Virus record (IMG/VR): IMGVR_UViG_2718218453_000006 | Direction: 5' to 3' (one strand) | DNA: 44,044 bases | DNA from: a virus | Lineage: Duplodnaviria; Heunggongvirae; Uroviricota; Caudoviricetes | Shown here: one piece after another, positions 20,244 to 30,865 of the stretch | How the letters are laid out: the number at the start of each line of letters is the position of its first letter | Position numbering within the stretch: position 1 is the stretch's first letter | Notes under the pieces: model-generated | What the model was told of the DNA's origin: nothing | What the model saw: only the letters and a program-made list of their open reading frames with translations | The model's database searches: none | Made by a program: the position numbers and the translations under genes

Positions 20244-20758
20244 CTGCGTCGTCGCTCCGGCTTCAGTGATTTACGTAATTCCCGCGCCAGAAAATAGCGT
20301 GTCCAGCTGCGGTTCTTTTCAAGCGTTTCCACCATGAAGTTATTACGTGGAGCCAGTCGCCAGCCGCTGCCACCGGATGCACCACGATGATGGCTGCGAC
20401 GACGCTTTGCCCCTCGCCTCACGCCATAGAACAAAAAAGCCGGATAAAAATCACCGGTGATACGGCGGTTTCCCTCTCCATTACGCTGGTTAGGGGCTAT
20501 ACGTGCCATAAAACCAGGGCGATGTTTACTGGCTCTGGGTACCATATACCCAATCGAACGTGCCAGGCGTCCGGTCTGATAACCGGGGTTTTCACCCGGT
20601 GCCGACCGCGCACGGCGCATCACCAGCCGACGGGCATCACGCATATGACGCTGACCAATCGTGACAAACGCCCGCCGGACACGGGCGCGGTTAAAGCGCA
20701 TCTCCGCGGGCTGCTGAAAATCAACGTGCAAAAAGGAAGTCGTCATTGTTGCCTCCAT
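20240..20758 (-). CDS. virion morphogenesis / head-tail joining protein (Arg-rich)
   Basis: 172-aa ORF; gene order. Confidence 0.45.
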   Translation of the reverse strand: MEATMTTSFLHVDFQQPAEMRFNRARVRRAFVTIGQRHMRDARRLVMRRARSAPGENPGYQTGRLARSIGYMVPRASKHRPGFMARIAPNQRNGEGNRRITGDFYPAFLFYGVRRGAKRRRSHHRGASGGSGWRLAPRNNFMVETLEKNRSWTRYFLARELRKSLKPERRRR

Positions 20759-21131
20759 GACTCTGCCTATATTCGCCCAGCTCCGTACACTCCAGCAGCA
20801 GAAAGCGCCGCGCCCCGTTCAGATCGCGCTGACGTTTCACCCGGTACACACTGTCATCACAGACCACCTCATAATCAGCAGTGATCCCCCGGCGGTAGCG
20901 AATGGTGATGTAATGGGTGATGGCGTCCCCGGTCTGCGCGGTTTCCTGCCAGGTGGTGGCACTGGTCTGGATAACCTTCGCCCATGTCCGGAACGTAACC
21001 GGGTATTGAGACTCCACACCAAAGTTATCCGCGGGCATATCCACCCGCTGGCGGATCAGGACGCGTTTATTCAGTTCACCGGGGTCCGGCAGAATGTAGG
21101 TTGCGCTGGTCTGCGCCTGACGAATTTTCAT
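20721..21131 (-). CDS. head-tail adaptor / head closure protein
   Basis: 136-aa ORF downstream of the connector-like gene. Confidence 0.5.
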   Translation of the reverse strand: MKIRQAQTSATYILPDPGELNKRVLIRQRVDMPADNFGVESQYPVTFRTWAKVIQTSATTWQETAQTGDAITHYITIRYRRGITADYEVVCDDSVYRVKRQRDLNGARRFLLLECTELGEYRQSHGGNNDDFLFAR

Positions 21132-21451
21132 TGCGGAAAGTACCTGTACGGGCCGACAAGCCAGCCAAAACTCTGCGGCATGTCGAGTTTCTCCACTTCC
21201 GTAACCGACGAGCGGTTTTCGTAAAAATGGCTGATAAGCATCAGCATCCCCAGGCGAATATCATCCGGCAGGTGCAGCCCGTCTGGATCGCTGTCCGGAA
21301 TGGTTTCATCCGGTGCATAGAGCTTCCGGTTCAGATACGTTTCCGTCCGCTTTTGCGCCGCACAGGCCAGCAGTTGCAGATGGCGGTCATCAGCATCGAA
21401 ATCCTCATCCAGCCGGAGTTGGGCTTTAATCTCTTCCATTGTCAGAAGCAT
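21128..21451 (-). CDS. gp6-like head-tail connector protein
   Basis: 107-aa ORF after the capsid gene. Confidence 0.55.
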   Translation of the reverse strand: MLLTMEEIKAQLRLDEDFDADDRHLQLLACAAQKRTETYLNRKLYAPDETIPDSDPDGLHLPDDIRLGMLMLISHFYENRSSVTEVEKLDMPQSFGWLVGPYRYFPQ

Positions 21452-21453
21452 AC

Positions 21454-21654
21454 TCAGCCCTCTTTACTGGTCGTGGCTTTTTTCTCTTTTGCCGCTTTAC
21501 TGCTTTTTGCACTGATTCCGCGCTCTGCTAACCCGGCCTGAAGTGCAATCTCCTGCACCCGGGCAGGAAGCGCCCCGTCGTCATACTCACCGGCCCGAAT
21601 GACCTCAACACGCATACCGTCCGGTGACCATTTCAGATCTTGTTTCAGGATCAT
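21454..21654 (-). CDS. small hypothetical head-module protein (66 aa)
   Basis: ORF between the capsid and connector genes. Confidence 0.35.
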   Translation of the reverse strand: MILKQDLKWSPDGMRVEVIRAGEYDDGALPARVQEIALQAGLAERGISAKSSKAAKEKKATTSKEG

Positions 21655-21703
21655 GATTCTTCACCCGTCAGAACAGGGGGCGCGGTTCCGCGCCCCTGAG
21701 TGA

Positions 21704-22909
21704 TTACGCCGCTGCAATCTTCAGCAGTTTGATGGCCTGCGAATCGACCAGCATCCCGCCGGTGCGCTTGGTGGTATAAAAACCGACAAACGGTTTATTG
21801 GTGTACGGGTCACGCAGAATGCGGGTGCCGATACGGTCAACGATGGTGTAACCCCGTTTGAAGTTACCAAATGCAATGGCTTTCGCATCAGCGGCGATAT
21901 CCGGCATCTGTTCGTTTTCAGCGATACCGTAACCCGCCAGAGAGGACGGCTGCCCCAGCTCCAGCCCCGGACGCCACAGATAGTTACCCTCGCTGTCTTT
22001 CAGCAGACGGATGGCAAACAGGCTATTGTTGTTCATCATGAACTTCGCGCCGGTGCGGTGTGCCTTACGCAGCGTGTAAATCAGTTTGATAATGGCGTCT
22101 GCGGTCACCGCCGTCGCGTCGCCGGATACAATATGCTGAAGTTTGCCGAACGCCCGGACCTTATCGGTTTCATCCGTGGATTCATACGCCAGGAACCCTT
22201 TCGGCTTCTTGGTACCATCGCCGGTGGTAAAGGCAATTTCTTCCTGTTCAGCAAATTCGGTCGCCAGCTCGCTGTTGATCCAGGCCTCCACGTTGAAGAA
22301 GGCATCATCCAGCATTTTCTGAGTGGCCTGCGGGTTACCGTAGATTTCCCCCATGAAAGGTTCAATCAGGCCCAGTTTTGAGGTGGCAGTCTGGGAGCGC
22401 GCGTCAGTCTCGCCAACCCATCCGGAAGCCGTGCCGCCCAGATTCACCAGTTTTTTGTAGTCGGAACCACCAACGGTGATCACCGTGGCTTCCTGACGCA
22501 TCACCACTTCATCTTTCAGCAAGGTCAGAATGTTGCGATCCAGCGCTTCCGGCACGGCATAGCCACCGTCTTCATCGGTGCCCACCTGTAATGCCTTGCG
22601 CTCCAGATCGCGCAGACCATCTTCACGGCCTTTACGCAGGAAGCCCACAAACGCTTCTTTATGCTCGGTGGCCAGTTTATTTTGCGCACCACCTGCCGGA
22701 CGTTTCAGCTCAAGCAGCTCTTTTTCAAGGTCGCTTTTGAGGTTTTCCAGCTCGCTGAGTTTTCCGTTCAGGGTTTCCACCTGCCCGGCAAGTTTGCCTT
22801 TTTCCTGCTCAATCGCCTCAACGCGCTTGTCGTTCTTTGCTTTGAAGTCGTCAAACTTCTGCTGCAGCTCCTGCGCGACCTGTTCGACATCTTTAATATC
22901 AACTGCCAT
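21704..22909 (-). CDS. major capsid protein, HK97 family
   Basis: 401-aa ORF with N-terminal coiled-coil delta domain then HK97-fold capsid region; follows the prohead protease. Confidence 0.9.
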   Translation of the reverse strand: MAVDIKDVEQVAQELQQKFDDFKAKNDKRVEAIEQEKGKLAGQVETLNGKLSELENLKSDLEKELLELKRPAGGAQNKLATEHKEAFVGFLRKGREDGLRDLERKALQVGTDEDGGYAVPEALDRNILTLLKDEVVMRQEATVITVGGSDYKKLVNLGGTASGWVGETDARSQTATSKLGLIEPFMGEIYGNPQATQKMLDDAFFNVEAWINSELATEFAEQEEIAFTTGDGTKKPKGFLAYESTDETDKVRAFGKLQHIVSGDATAVTADAIIKLIYTLRKAHRTGAKFMMNNNSLFAIRLLKDSEGNYLWRPGLELGQPSSLAGYGIAENEQMPDIAADAKAIAFGNFKRGYTIVDRIGTRILRDPYTNKPFVGFYTTKRTGGMLVDSQAIKLLKIAAA

Positions 22910-22923
22910 CGTATTTCTCCTGA

Positions 22924-23610
22924 TTAGAAGTTCAGATTTTTCAGTGCATTCAGTGCAGAGCCCACATCCTCAGCGTCGCGCAGGGACAGTGCGCCATAGC
23001 CCCCGGCCATGAATGCTTTGGCCTGGGTACGGGAGAGTCCGACATCACGCAGGACTCTTTCGATTTTTTTCTGTTCGGGGATTTCCCCGCGGGCCAGTGC
23101 GTTCTTGACGTCGCTGATCCGCGCCTCGTCGTTAGACGGGAATGTCACCAGACTGACTTCCCAGAGGTCGATTTCTTTCAGCAGAAAGGCTTCTTTCGTC
23201 CGGTCGTATTCCCAGTCCTTCAGGACGTACCCAATAGAAAGGCCGGTTAACGAACCGGCCTTCATGTGTGCATGTGCGCGTTTTGCCAGGGGATCATCAT
23301 CAATGAGCAACCGCCCCCTGACGTAAAGCCCGACATCGTCTTCCTTCATTTCGGTGTAAACACCGATGGGCTCATCCATGCGGTGCTGCCAGAGCAGCGC
23401 AGGTAACGCTTTTCTGTCACTCCACACCCGCAGGGAAGCAGCAAATGCCCCGGACATCACCACATCATCGTGGCTGTCCTTTACACCAAAGACGGAGCCA
23501 TACCCTTCAAACTCACCGGAGTCACTGACAGATTTCAGACTCAGCGGTACATCAAGACGTTGTTTCGTCTGCATTGGCGTTATCCTTCTGCTTACCGGCT
23601 TTACTGCCAT
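22924..23610 (-). CDS. prohead maturation protease (HK97 family)
   Basis: 228-aa ORF between portal and capsid genes. Confidence 0.85.
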   Translation of the reverse strand: MAVKPVSRRITPMQTKQRLDVPLSLKSVSDSGEFEGYGSVFGVKDSHDDVVMSGAFAASLRVWSDRKALPALLWQHRMDEPIGVYTEMKEDDVGLYVRGRLLIDDDPLAKRAHAHMKAGSLTGLSIGYVLKDWEYDRTKEAFLLKEIDLWEVSLVTFPSNDEARISDVKNALARGEIPEQKKIERVLRDVGLSRTQAKAFMAGGYGALSLRDAEDVGSALNALKNLNF

Positions 23611-24793
23611 CGGAGGGTTTCGTGGTCATGTTCATCGGTGTGAGATAGACATCACCACCGGGACGTGGATTCATATCTTCCAGGTCGCGGCAGTCATTGG
23701 GAGAGTAAATTCCCCAGTTGATCCCGGTGGCGTAGGCTTCAAAACGGGACTTCATATCCCCGCGCAGTAACGCCCCGGCGTTAAATTTGGCGTAATAAAC
23801 GCCCTGCTTACTTTTTCGTACCAGTCCGGTGTTGATCCGCTGTTCGATGCGGGTCAGATACGGCACCAGTGAATAGTTGATAAATCCCAGCCCCAGCTCT
23901 TCGATATTGTTGAAGGTGGCGCGATCGGTGTTCTGCACCATGTGCAACGGCACACGGAACAGACGACAAATTTCTTCAAGCTGAAACTTGCGGGTTTCCA
24001 GGAACTGGCTGTCCTCTGCGTTCAACGCCATCGACTTCCAGTCCAGCCCCATCTCAAGGATCATCGGGCGGTGAGCATTGCCAAGCCCGGTGTGACGCTC
24101 CTCAAAATCTTTCTTCAGGCGCTCATAAGCCTGATCCGACAGCGTCTGCTCTGTACGCAACACACCCGACGTCACCGCGCCATTGCTGAACAGTCTGGCC
24201 CCGTGCTCTTCGGTCGCTGCCGCCAGCGATATTGCCTCGCGGGCATAGGCGATGGGATTCAGCCCCACCAGTCCGTCCAGCGTCAGCGTACGCACATGCC
24301 AGATATCCTCCTGGCTCAGTACATCCGTGGAGCCATCCGGGAATGTGACCTGATAGACCGGTTCCCAGCTACTGTTAAGCTTCGGTACCACACAGCCGGG
24401 ATCGACGGGCAGCAGTTCAGCCACTTCGCCAAATGCTTTCACTTTGTAGGCGTAAAAGTTTCCCCGCAGGCACAGACAGGTGACCACCAGCTCCCAGAAC
24501 TCCTGCGGCGTCATATAGCCATTGGGATGCGTGGAGATCAGCTTATGCAGACGTTCGTCAGTGGCTCTCTGCTTCAGGCTGCCGTTCAGGTGATACAGGT
24601 TGCAGGGCAACATCCCGACCGACTCCGCCAGCACCCTGACACAGGAAAAAACCGCCGTCAGTCGCATGGCCCGCTGGCTGCTGATCTGCTTTCCGGTATA
24701 GGTGTCGTAGGACAACCCGATAGCATCCGCCAGCTCTGCTGGCGTGGTCACCGGTGCGTCACTTTTTCGTTGAAATAATCCCGAAAAGAACAC
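23552..24793 (-). CDS. portal protein (HK97 family)
   Basis: 413-aa ORF downstream of the terminase large subunit. Confidence 0.85.
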   Translation of the reverse strand: MFFSGLFQRKSDAPVTTPAELADAIGLSYDTYTGKQISSQRAMRLTAVFSCVRVLAESVGMLPCNLYHLNGSLKQRATDERLHKLISTHPNGYMTPQEFWELVVTCLCLRGNFYAYKVKAFGEVAELLPVDPGCVVPKLNSSWEPVYQVTFPDGSTDVLSQEDIWHVRTLTLDGLVGLNPIAYAREAISLAAATEEHGARLFSNGAVTSGVLRTEQTLSDQAYERLKKDFEERHTGLGNAHRPMILEMGLDWKSMALNAEDSQFLETRKFQLEEICRLFRVPLHMVQNTDRATFNNIEELGLGFINYSLVPYLTRIEQRINTGLVRKSKQGVYYAKFNAGALLRGDMKSRFEAYATGINWGIYSPNDCRDLEDMNPRPGGDVYLTPMNMTTKPSDGSKAGKQKDNANADETTS

Positions 24794-24975
24794 TATTTAC
24801 CTCCGCCGACAGACGACTGTGTACGGTCGAGATATCGCGCCACCAGCCACGACCAGAACAGACACAACGCCCCGGCAACAACAAACCCCGCCGGGGGATA
24901 AATCAGCCAGGCACCATACGCCAGCAAAAGCGCCCCCAGCACGCCCACCAGAGGCGCGAGAATCAGCATGATCAT
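24793..24975 (-). CDS. small hydrophobic protein (60 aa) between TerL and portal
   Basis: Two predicted transmembrane stretches; translationally coupled position. Confidence 0.4.
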
Positions 24976-24986
24976 AATTACCTCAG

Positions 24987-26720
24987 TTAAAGCGAGCGGA
25001 TCCCATAGGACTCAATGTGGTCAGACAGCGTGTCTTCTTTCTCGTACAGCATGGCTCTGCCAACCGCCATAATCAGCGCAACTGCACCATCGATTTTGTT
25101 TTCCGCCTGCTCTTTGACGGGCTTCACTAAATCATCGTTACCTGGCATGTTTTTGCCGACCACATTGCCGATACACCAGGTCATGATGGGATTGCCGTCA
25201 TGATGAAAGCGTCCCGATTCAATCGCTGCCTCCAGCTCTTTCATCGGGTCGGACATATTGGCGAAGTTCTGGACGATAGTAACGGGATTCAGGTCTTCAT
25301 CAGCAAGGTCATGTGACAGCCCGGTCGCTCCGAAAGGGTCGATGGGTGACTCGCTGACCGGGCTGATTTTGTTCGCCGCTTTGGCCTCTTCGAGGATGTA
25401 GCGATAATCCACCTCTGCACCATCGGTAACGGTCAGAACGCCCATTTCCACCCATTTCTGAAAGCGTTCGGCTGTCCGGCGATCTTCATTTTTCTCGACG
25501 CTATACACCGTGTCATACGGTACCCAGAAACGCGGGGCCACACTGTAGTAATGCGTTTTACCGTCAATCTCGCGGGTATAAAGTCGCGCCATGCTGTTCA
25601 TATCCAGCTTACGCGCCAGGTCAAAGGCCAGAATGCACGGCTGCCCCTCGAACTGCTCAAGAGTCAGTGATTTATCCTCGCAGCTCTGCCAGCTCACCAG
25701 GTTGAAATACGCCGAACGCGCCGACACCCAGATATTGAGGTGTTTTGTTTTAAAGACGTTTGCCAGACGGGCGTTATTTTTCGCACGCTGCTGCTGACTT
25801 AACAAAAATTCGCGATAAACCGACACGCCAATATTCGGATTGGCTTTTTCCAGCACCTGCGGGTCGGTCCAGTCGTCACCTTCATCAACGGTATAGATGA
25901 TCCCGAACAGTTCATCGTTAGGCACCGAGCCGTTGAGCATCTCGATGACTTCCCGCCGCTTGTCGTAGCACGGCCCCTCAATGTTGTACCCGGCGGTGGT
26001 GATGGCCCACATCAGTGGCTGACGTCGCGCCCCCATCCCGGTAAGCATTGTGGTATAAAGCGCATCGGTGGCATGCTCGTGATATTCATCAACCACGGCA
26101 CAGTGGGGTGATGAACCATCACCTGGGTTGCCGATCAGCGGTTCAAACCGCGCGCCATCCTCCGGACGGTTCATGTTTGAGGCGTTAACCTCAATCCCGA
26201 ACGCTTCCGTCAGCATGGGTGTGCGTTTACACATCAGTCGCGCCGGGCGAAAGACTTCCCACGCCTGTTTCTCTGTCGTGGCACCGGAATACACTTCCGC
26301 GCCAAACTCGTTATCACAGGCAAAACAATACAGGGCAACACCGGCAGAGATTGCCGATTTGCCGTTCTTACGGGGGATTTCGGTATACACCTCCCGGAAG
26401 CGGCGCAGCCGGGAGCCTTTATTGACCCAGCCAAACGCGCAGCAGATCACAAAGAGCTGCCACGGCTCCAGCGTGATGGGCATCCGTTTAAATGCCCACT
26501 CACCCTTGGTGTGCGGCAACAGCTGAATAAATTTGGCGGCCCGTTCAGCCAGATCCTTGTCGAAGCGGTAACGAAACGACTTACTTTTTTCCGCCATCAG
26601 GTCATCAAGATGGCGCTGGCAGGCCTGAATCACAAACTGGCAGGCCACAATCTTTCCGCGCACGACATCCCGGGCATACTGATTGGCAGCATTTACGTTG
26701 GGGTAAGATTTCCGGCTCAT
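24987..26720 (-). CDS. terminase large subunit
   Basis: 577-aa ORF with ATPase region (EIPRKNGKS) and a C-terminal nuclease region. Confidence 0.9.
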
Positions 26721-27220
26721 GACTCGATAATTTTCAGAAACGGGTTAGTGGCTTTCTTCTTCCCCGCCAGGCCAATCAGACGCTGGCGGCTGCTGGGGTC
26801 GAGTCCGAGCATTGCCCCCGTACTGCTCATCTCGGACTCCTGTTCTTTTTTGGCGGTCAGCTCCGGATTTTTGACCATGCCGCCCATTGCACCGGTGATG
26901 GTGTTGCCCTGTCTGGCAATATTTTTCACGGCACGTCGCCAGAACTCATAGGCCACGCACCACCGCTCAAGCACCGCGAGGTCAGTCACGCACAGCAGAC
27001 CCTGACCGCAGAGTTCTTTAGTTGTCAGTTGCCACATGATCGTAGCGAGAGGGAGATCTTCTTCAGCGAACCACTCCGGTGGCTCAACACCTTTGATGGG
27101 CGTAAAAACAGGTTCATCTTTGTTCAGGGCTCGCTTGCCGGGGTTTCCGGCCAGCGCCTTGCGCGCCGTTGGCTTAGGGCGACGCCCGGAACGCCCCGCC
27201 GTTCCAGCCATATGCGGCAC
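26717..27220 (-). CDS. terminase small subunit (P27 family)
   Basis: 167-aa ORF immediately upstream of TerL and downstream of the HNH gene. Confidence 0.8.
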   Translation of the reverse strand: MPHMAGTAGRSGRRPKPTARKALAGNPGKRALNKDEPVFTPIKGVEPPEWFAEEDLPLATIMWQLTTKELCGQGLLCVTDLAVLERWCVAYEFWRRAVKNIARQGNTITGAMGGMVKNPELTAKKEQESEMSSTGAMLGLDPSSRQRLIGLAGKKKATNPFLKIIES

Positions 27221-27336
27221 TCCTGGTTAAATTTCATTTTTCGCGGGTATAAAAAAACGATGGGGCGGGCAGTCCGGAAGACGTCAGGCCGCAGGGATTT
27301 GACCCGCCCCTCCCCTCAGGAAGTTGAGAATCATTA

Positions 27337-27687
27337 TCACTTCAACCGTTCACGGGCCGTCTTCGCCTTATGACACGGCCAGCACAGACTCTGCAGATTA
27401 CAGTCGGCATCAGTGCCGCCATGCGCTTTAGGGATGATGTGGTCAACGGTTTTCGCTTCACGCACCACACCGGCACGCAGACATAACTGACATAAACCTT
27501 TGTCACGTTTCAGTACACGTTCACGGATAGCATCCCATTTCGAACCGTAGCCGCGCTGATGACGGGATTGTCCTGGCTTGTATTGCTTCCAGCCTTCGCT
27601 TTTGTGGCTTTCGCAGTAGCCTGACGGGTCAGTAGTGGTATGGCGGCAGCCGCGAACGCGGCAGGATTTTGGGATTCGTGGTGGCAT
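27337..27687 (-). CDS. HNH endonuclease (packaging-associated)
   Basis: Cys-rich zinc-finger and HNH motif (DHIIPKAHGGTDADCNLQSLCWPCH). Confidence 0.85.
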   Translation of the reverse strand: MPPRIPKSCRVRGCRHTTTDPSGYCESHKSEGWKQYKPGQSRHQRGYGSKWDAIRERVLKRDKGLCQLCLRAGVVREAKTVDHIIPKAHGGTDADCNLQSLCWPCHKAKTARERLK

Positions 27688-27704
27688 TGAAGAAAACCCT
27701 TTGT

Positions 27705-27740
27705 AATAAGCATAAAAACCCCATATTGAATGGGGCTTGA
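27705..27740 (-). terminator. candidate rho-independent terminator after the AT-rich moron gene
   Basis: Minus-strand hairpin CCCCAT-n-ATGGGG followed by a T-run (tttttatgc). Confidence 0.5.
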
Positions 27741-27744
27741 TGAA

Positions 27745-28251
27745 TTACTGTCCTAAAGCACTTTTTGCCAATATTGAAGCAATTGAAGCAAACGTCGGAT
27801 TTTCCAATAGCTTTTGCCAAAGGCTTTTAACCTCTGGATCATTGCAATGCTCTATAGCATCATGTAGTTGTTGAATGGTTATATTCTTTGTGATCGAATT
27901 ATCATTACCGGCTTGAAAATCACCACCAGCATTAATAGCACCGTTAAACGTCAAATGGGTCGTAATCTGCTTCGGCTTCTCTTTTACATCCAATGCCTTC
28001 ACTATCAATACCGCCAAATGTGAGTAGCCAGGGCAACCAACCTCGAGACTAATTTGCACCTCGTAATCAAGCACTTCAAATAGTCTTTCCCTGTCGACCA
28101 TTTTTTGCACAATGATATCGCCGATATTAAATGGGCATAAGTCACTTTCAATAGGAATATACAATCGGCCTTTAGATGAGTCACGTTGACCATAATAGGT
28201 GGATGAATTAAAGGTAAAAGTATCTGGATAGAAAAATTGATCTGGTCTCAT
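27745..28251 (-). CDS. hypothetical protein (168 aa), AT-rich moron between lysis and packaging genes
   Basis: ORF in strongly AT-rich DNA, with about 200 bp AT-rich upstream spacer and its own downstream hairpin. Confidence 0.5.
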   Translation of the reverse strand: MRPDQFFYPDTFTFNSSTYYGQRDSSKGRLYIPIESDLCPFNIGDIIVQKMVDRERLFEVLDYEVQISLEVGCPGYSHLAVLIVKALDVKEKPKQITTHLTFNGAINAGGDFQAGNDNSITKNITIQQLHDAIEHCNDPEVKSLWQKLLENPTFASIASILAKSALGQ

Positions 28252-28455
28252 AATAGTCCCTTTTGTGTTTTGTGGATATCTCCATTAATTAGACTATTAC
28301 TTTATCTCTTTTCCCAAATACATACATTCAAAATTAAGAGCATTATCACAGATAATTTCGAAGCGATATTGCAATGCCTACCCATGACCTGTATTCAACG
28401 AATACGTATCAGAGGAATACCTTGTTCGTTATCTACATGACGATAAAAATATACA

Positions 28456-28704
28456 TCAATTTTGATTATCAATGATTCTGATATCTGACTTATCCCTATT
28501 ACATTGAGCCAACGCGGATAACAAACTTACATTCAAATCAAGACTTGCACCATACGTCAGTGGGTTGGGTATAAACGGTACAGGTGTATCAGAAGTCAAG
28601 CTGACTGGTAGTGGAGTCTTCGGAATGCTCACGTAAACTGTTCGCGTACTTCCGCAACCGGTCAGCAGCGGCAGCAGGCACAGGGCGTACAGCACAATCA
28701 TCAT
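28456..28704 (-). CDS. Rz1-like outer-membrane spanin lipoprotein (overlapping the 3' end of Rz)
   Basis: Internal start MMIVLYALCLLPLLTGC has a lipobox; proline-rich mature part; different frame overlapping Rz. Confidence 0.6.
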   Translation of the reverse strand: MMIVLYALCLLPLLTGCGSTRTVYVSIPKTPLPVSLTSDTPVPFIPNPLTYGASLDLNVSLLSALAQCNRDKSDIRIIDNQN

Positions 28705-28981
28705 CCGCAACAGCCACTTTGATATCAGCCTGGGTTCTCTGTGACTCCAGTGCGATCTGCTGTTTTGCATGCTGGTTAGCCTCCAGAACTGTATTGACGA
28801 TTTGCAGTGATTGCAGGACGTTATTGGTAATAGCGGTTGCCGATTCGGCATTTTGTACAGCCTCATCAGCACGTTTCTTTTCGCGCTGGTATTTGCTGTG
28901 GTAGTGGTTAGCTGACCAGACGAGAGAACCGAATAAAGTCAGGAGGAAAGCAGAAATAACCAGCTTATAGCGAAGTTTCAT
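28589..28981 (-). CDS. Rz-like inner-membrane spanin
   Basis: N-terminal TM (LVISAFLLTLFGSLVW) then coiled-coil; immediately after the endolysin gene. Confidence 0.65.
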   Translation of the reverse strand: MKLRYKLVISAFLLTLFGSLVWSANHYHSKYQREKKRADEAVQNAESATAITNNVLQSLQIVNTVLEANQHAKQQIALESQRTQADIKVAVADDDCAVRPVPAAAADRLRKYANSLREHSEDSTTSQLDF

Positions 28982-29441
28982 TAACCACCCCGCCAGCTTC
29001 TTTGAATTTGGCAATCAGACTATCGATCTTGTGTTCATACTGACCGTAGCCAGCACCGGGCAATGAAGCCCAAATATTGCTGCAACGGTCGATTGCCTGA
29101 CGAATATTGCCACGGTCAATCATCGGTAAAGCGCCACGCTCTTTAATCTGCTGCAGAGCTACAGCGTCCTGGCTTTCTGGAGAAAAATCTTTCAGGCCAA
29201 GCTGTTTACGGTAAGCATCCCACCAGCGTGAAAGAAGCTGGTAACGTCCGGCGGCTGTTGACTTGAGTTTCGGGTTTAGCGTGACAAGTTTGCGAGGGTG
29301 ATCGGAGTAATCAGTGAAGAGTTCACCACCGACAATAACGTCATAACCGTGGTTACGTGTCGGTTGTCGTCCGTTATCCGTTCCTTCTGACCAAGCCACC
29401 ATATCAAGGAAAGCTTTACGCTGGGAATTTAGTACCTGCAT
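28965..29441 (-). CDS. endolysin (lambda R-like lytic transglycosylase)
   Basis: 158-aa ORF closely matching lambda R as recalled from memory (QRKAFLDM.AWSEGTDNGRQ.TRNHGYDVIVGGELFTDYSDHPRK). Confidence 0.9.
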   Translation of the reverse strand: MQVLNSQRKAFLDMVAWSEGTDNGRQPTRNHGYDVIVGGELFTDYSDHPRKLVTLNPKLKSTAAGRYQLLSRWWDAYRKQLGLKDFSPESQDAVALQQIKERGALPMIDRGNIRQAIDRCSNIWASLPGAGYGQYEHKIDSLIAKFKEAGGVVNETSL

Positions 29442-29444
29442 AAA

Positions 29445-29876
29445 TTACTCCTTAGAGCCACCAAATTTGTTACCGATTACTCGCATTGCAGCCCCACGAA
29501 TAGCATCGACACCGATCAGCCCCACGCCACCACCAATGGCAACAGAAAGCGATTTAGGCCATCCGACATACTCAAGAGCGGATGCAAAGGTCAGCGTCAG
29601 AGCGCCACAGAGCAAAATCTCGAGCGTTTTTCGCTTCCAGCCACCACCACCGCCAAAATAGGCGATGCGCAAACCAGCCATAACGATCGACATAATCACT
29701 GCCCCCAGCGGTGTGTCTCCACGCCACCAGCTCTGAAACAACTCCAGCCAGTCCGGCCAGGTATTTGGGTTATGAGGCATTTCGTCATCTCTCACCTCGC
29801 GATATTTGCGGGTGCTGTGTTGGAAATAAAAAGGCCACGCAACGTGGCCACCAGAATTATTTCCCCACCAGTTCAC
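29445..29876 (-). CDS. putative holin (three predicted TM segments); real start may be an internal Met near 29780
   Basis: Hydrophobic segments and position immediately upstream of the endolysin. Confidence 0.55.
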   Translation of the reverse strand: MNWWGNNSGGHVAWPFYFQHSTRKYREVRDDEMPHNPNTWPDWLELFQSWWRGDTPLGAVIMSIVMAGLRIAYFGGGGGWKRKTLEILLCGALTLTFASALEYVGWPKSLSVAIGGGVGLIGVDAIRGAAMRVIGNKFGGSKE

Positions 29877-29916
29877 TTACCTCTTTCACCGTCTGATTAA
29901 ACCGCTCTGACTCAAG

Positions 29917-30231
29917 TTAAACACCTAACGCCCGACGCCCCAGCGCCATTGCTGCTTTTATTGTGGAACCGAATCCCATAAAGAAATCAGCAACCAGATC
30001 ACCAGGTCGACTACTGGCATTGATTATTTGCCTGAGCATATCCGCCGGTTTCTCGCACGGATGTTTACCCGGGTAGAACTGAACGGGCTTATGCGTCCTG
30101 ACATCGGTATAAGGCACGGAGACTGATACGGAGAAATAGCGCCGGTGAGATTTAAACTCATCCAGCAATTCAGACGATTTGCAATTCAGTGAATCATGAG
30201 ATACCACCAACTGGTGGTAGGATTGTCTCAA
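29917..30231 (-). pseudogene. fragment of a beta-class N4/N6 DNA methyltransferase (C-terminal motif I region only)
   Basis: HPCEKP...GDLVADFFMGFGSTIKAAMALGRRALG matches the AdoMet-binding DPFxGSGTT region; no DPPY catalytic motif and only 104 aa. Confidence 0.6.
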
Positions 30232-30401
30232 CTAGTGAGCTTTATACATTTAAGTGCGATGCACAGATAATAACCACGCCAATGGAATATCACACACAAA
30301 ATTGATAGAACACTAACAATAAGCCACAAAATAATTCACAATTTATTTTTACAGTGGATAAGTAGCAAAGTAGTGAATGTGAATAACGGCTAACTAAGAT
30401 G

Positions 30402-30430
30402 AAACAAAAAGCCCCACAATATGTGGGGCT
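30402..30430 (-). terminator. rho-independent terminator after the Q-proximal moron pair
   Basis: Minus-strand hairpin GCCCCAC-atatt-GTGGGGC followed by TTTTTGTTT. Confidence 0.6.
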
Positions 30431-30488
30431 CCTTCGCGATTTATAGTAAAATAATCGATTCTCTAGCTGAAAAAATCTTTAAAAATTA

Positions 30489-30722
30489 TCAGCAATACGC
30501 AAGTTTTTTACCGTCATCCGGTACTAGTTTGATCACTACACCAGGATTCTTACGCTCTAACATCTGAGTTTGACTCCATGTAATACCAAAGGTTTCCATT
30601 GGAGATGCATTGCCAGCAAAGAGTTCGGCGACGACTTTAGCTGCCTCAATCTCTATCTGCTCATGATGTTTCATAAAAATCCCCTTGTTCAGCACTAAGC
30701 TGTAGTTGCTTCTTTGAAGCAT
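30489..30722 (-). CDS. small hypothetical protein (61-77 aa)
   Basis: ORF between the 180-aa moron gene and a terminator. Confidence 0.4.
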   Translation of the reverse strand: MLQRSNYSLVLNKGIFMKHHEQIEIEAAKVVAELFAGNASPMETFGITWSQTQMLERKNPGVVIKLVPDDGKKLAYC

Positions 30723-30865
30723 AAAGGCAACAAAGTTTGTTACCTGAAGATGTATAAAGTAAAGCGTAGTACATTTTGTGTGTGCTTTGTGTGGATCCAG
30801 ATTGCATCAACTAAAAGAGGTTTTCAATACTTTTGTAATGATTCTGGAGAAATTAAGAATCTAAC

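Noticed and set aside
18297-24778. Long plus-strand ORFs (for example 18297-18713, 19707-20297, 20757-21224, 22578-23012, 23942-24778) antisense to structural genes
   Set aside because: They lie entirely within well-supported minus-strand structural genes, have low-complexity Arg/Pro/Ser-rich translations and no RBS; typical shadow ORFs of GC-rich coding DNA
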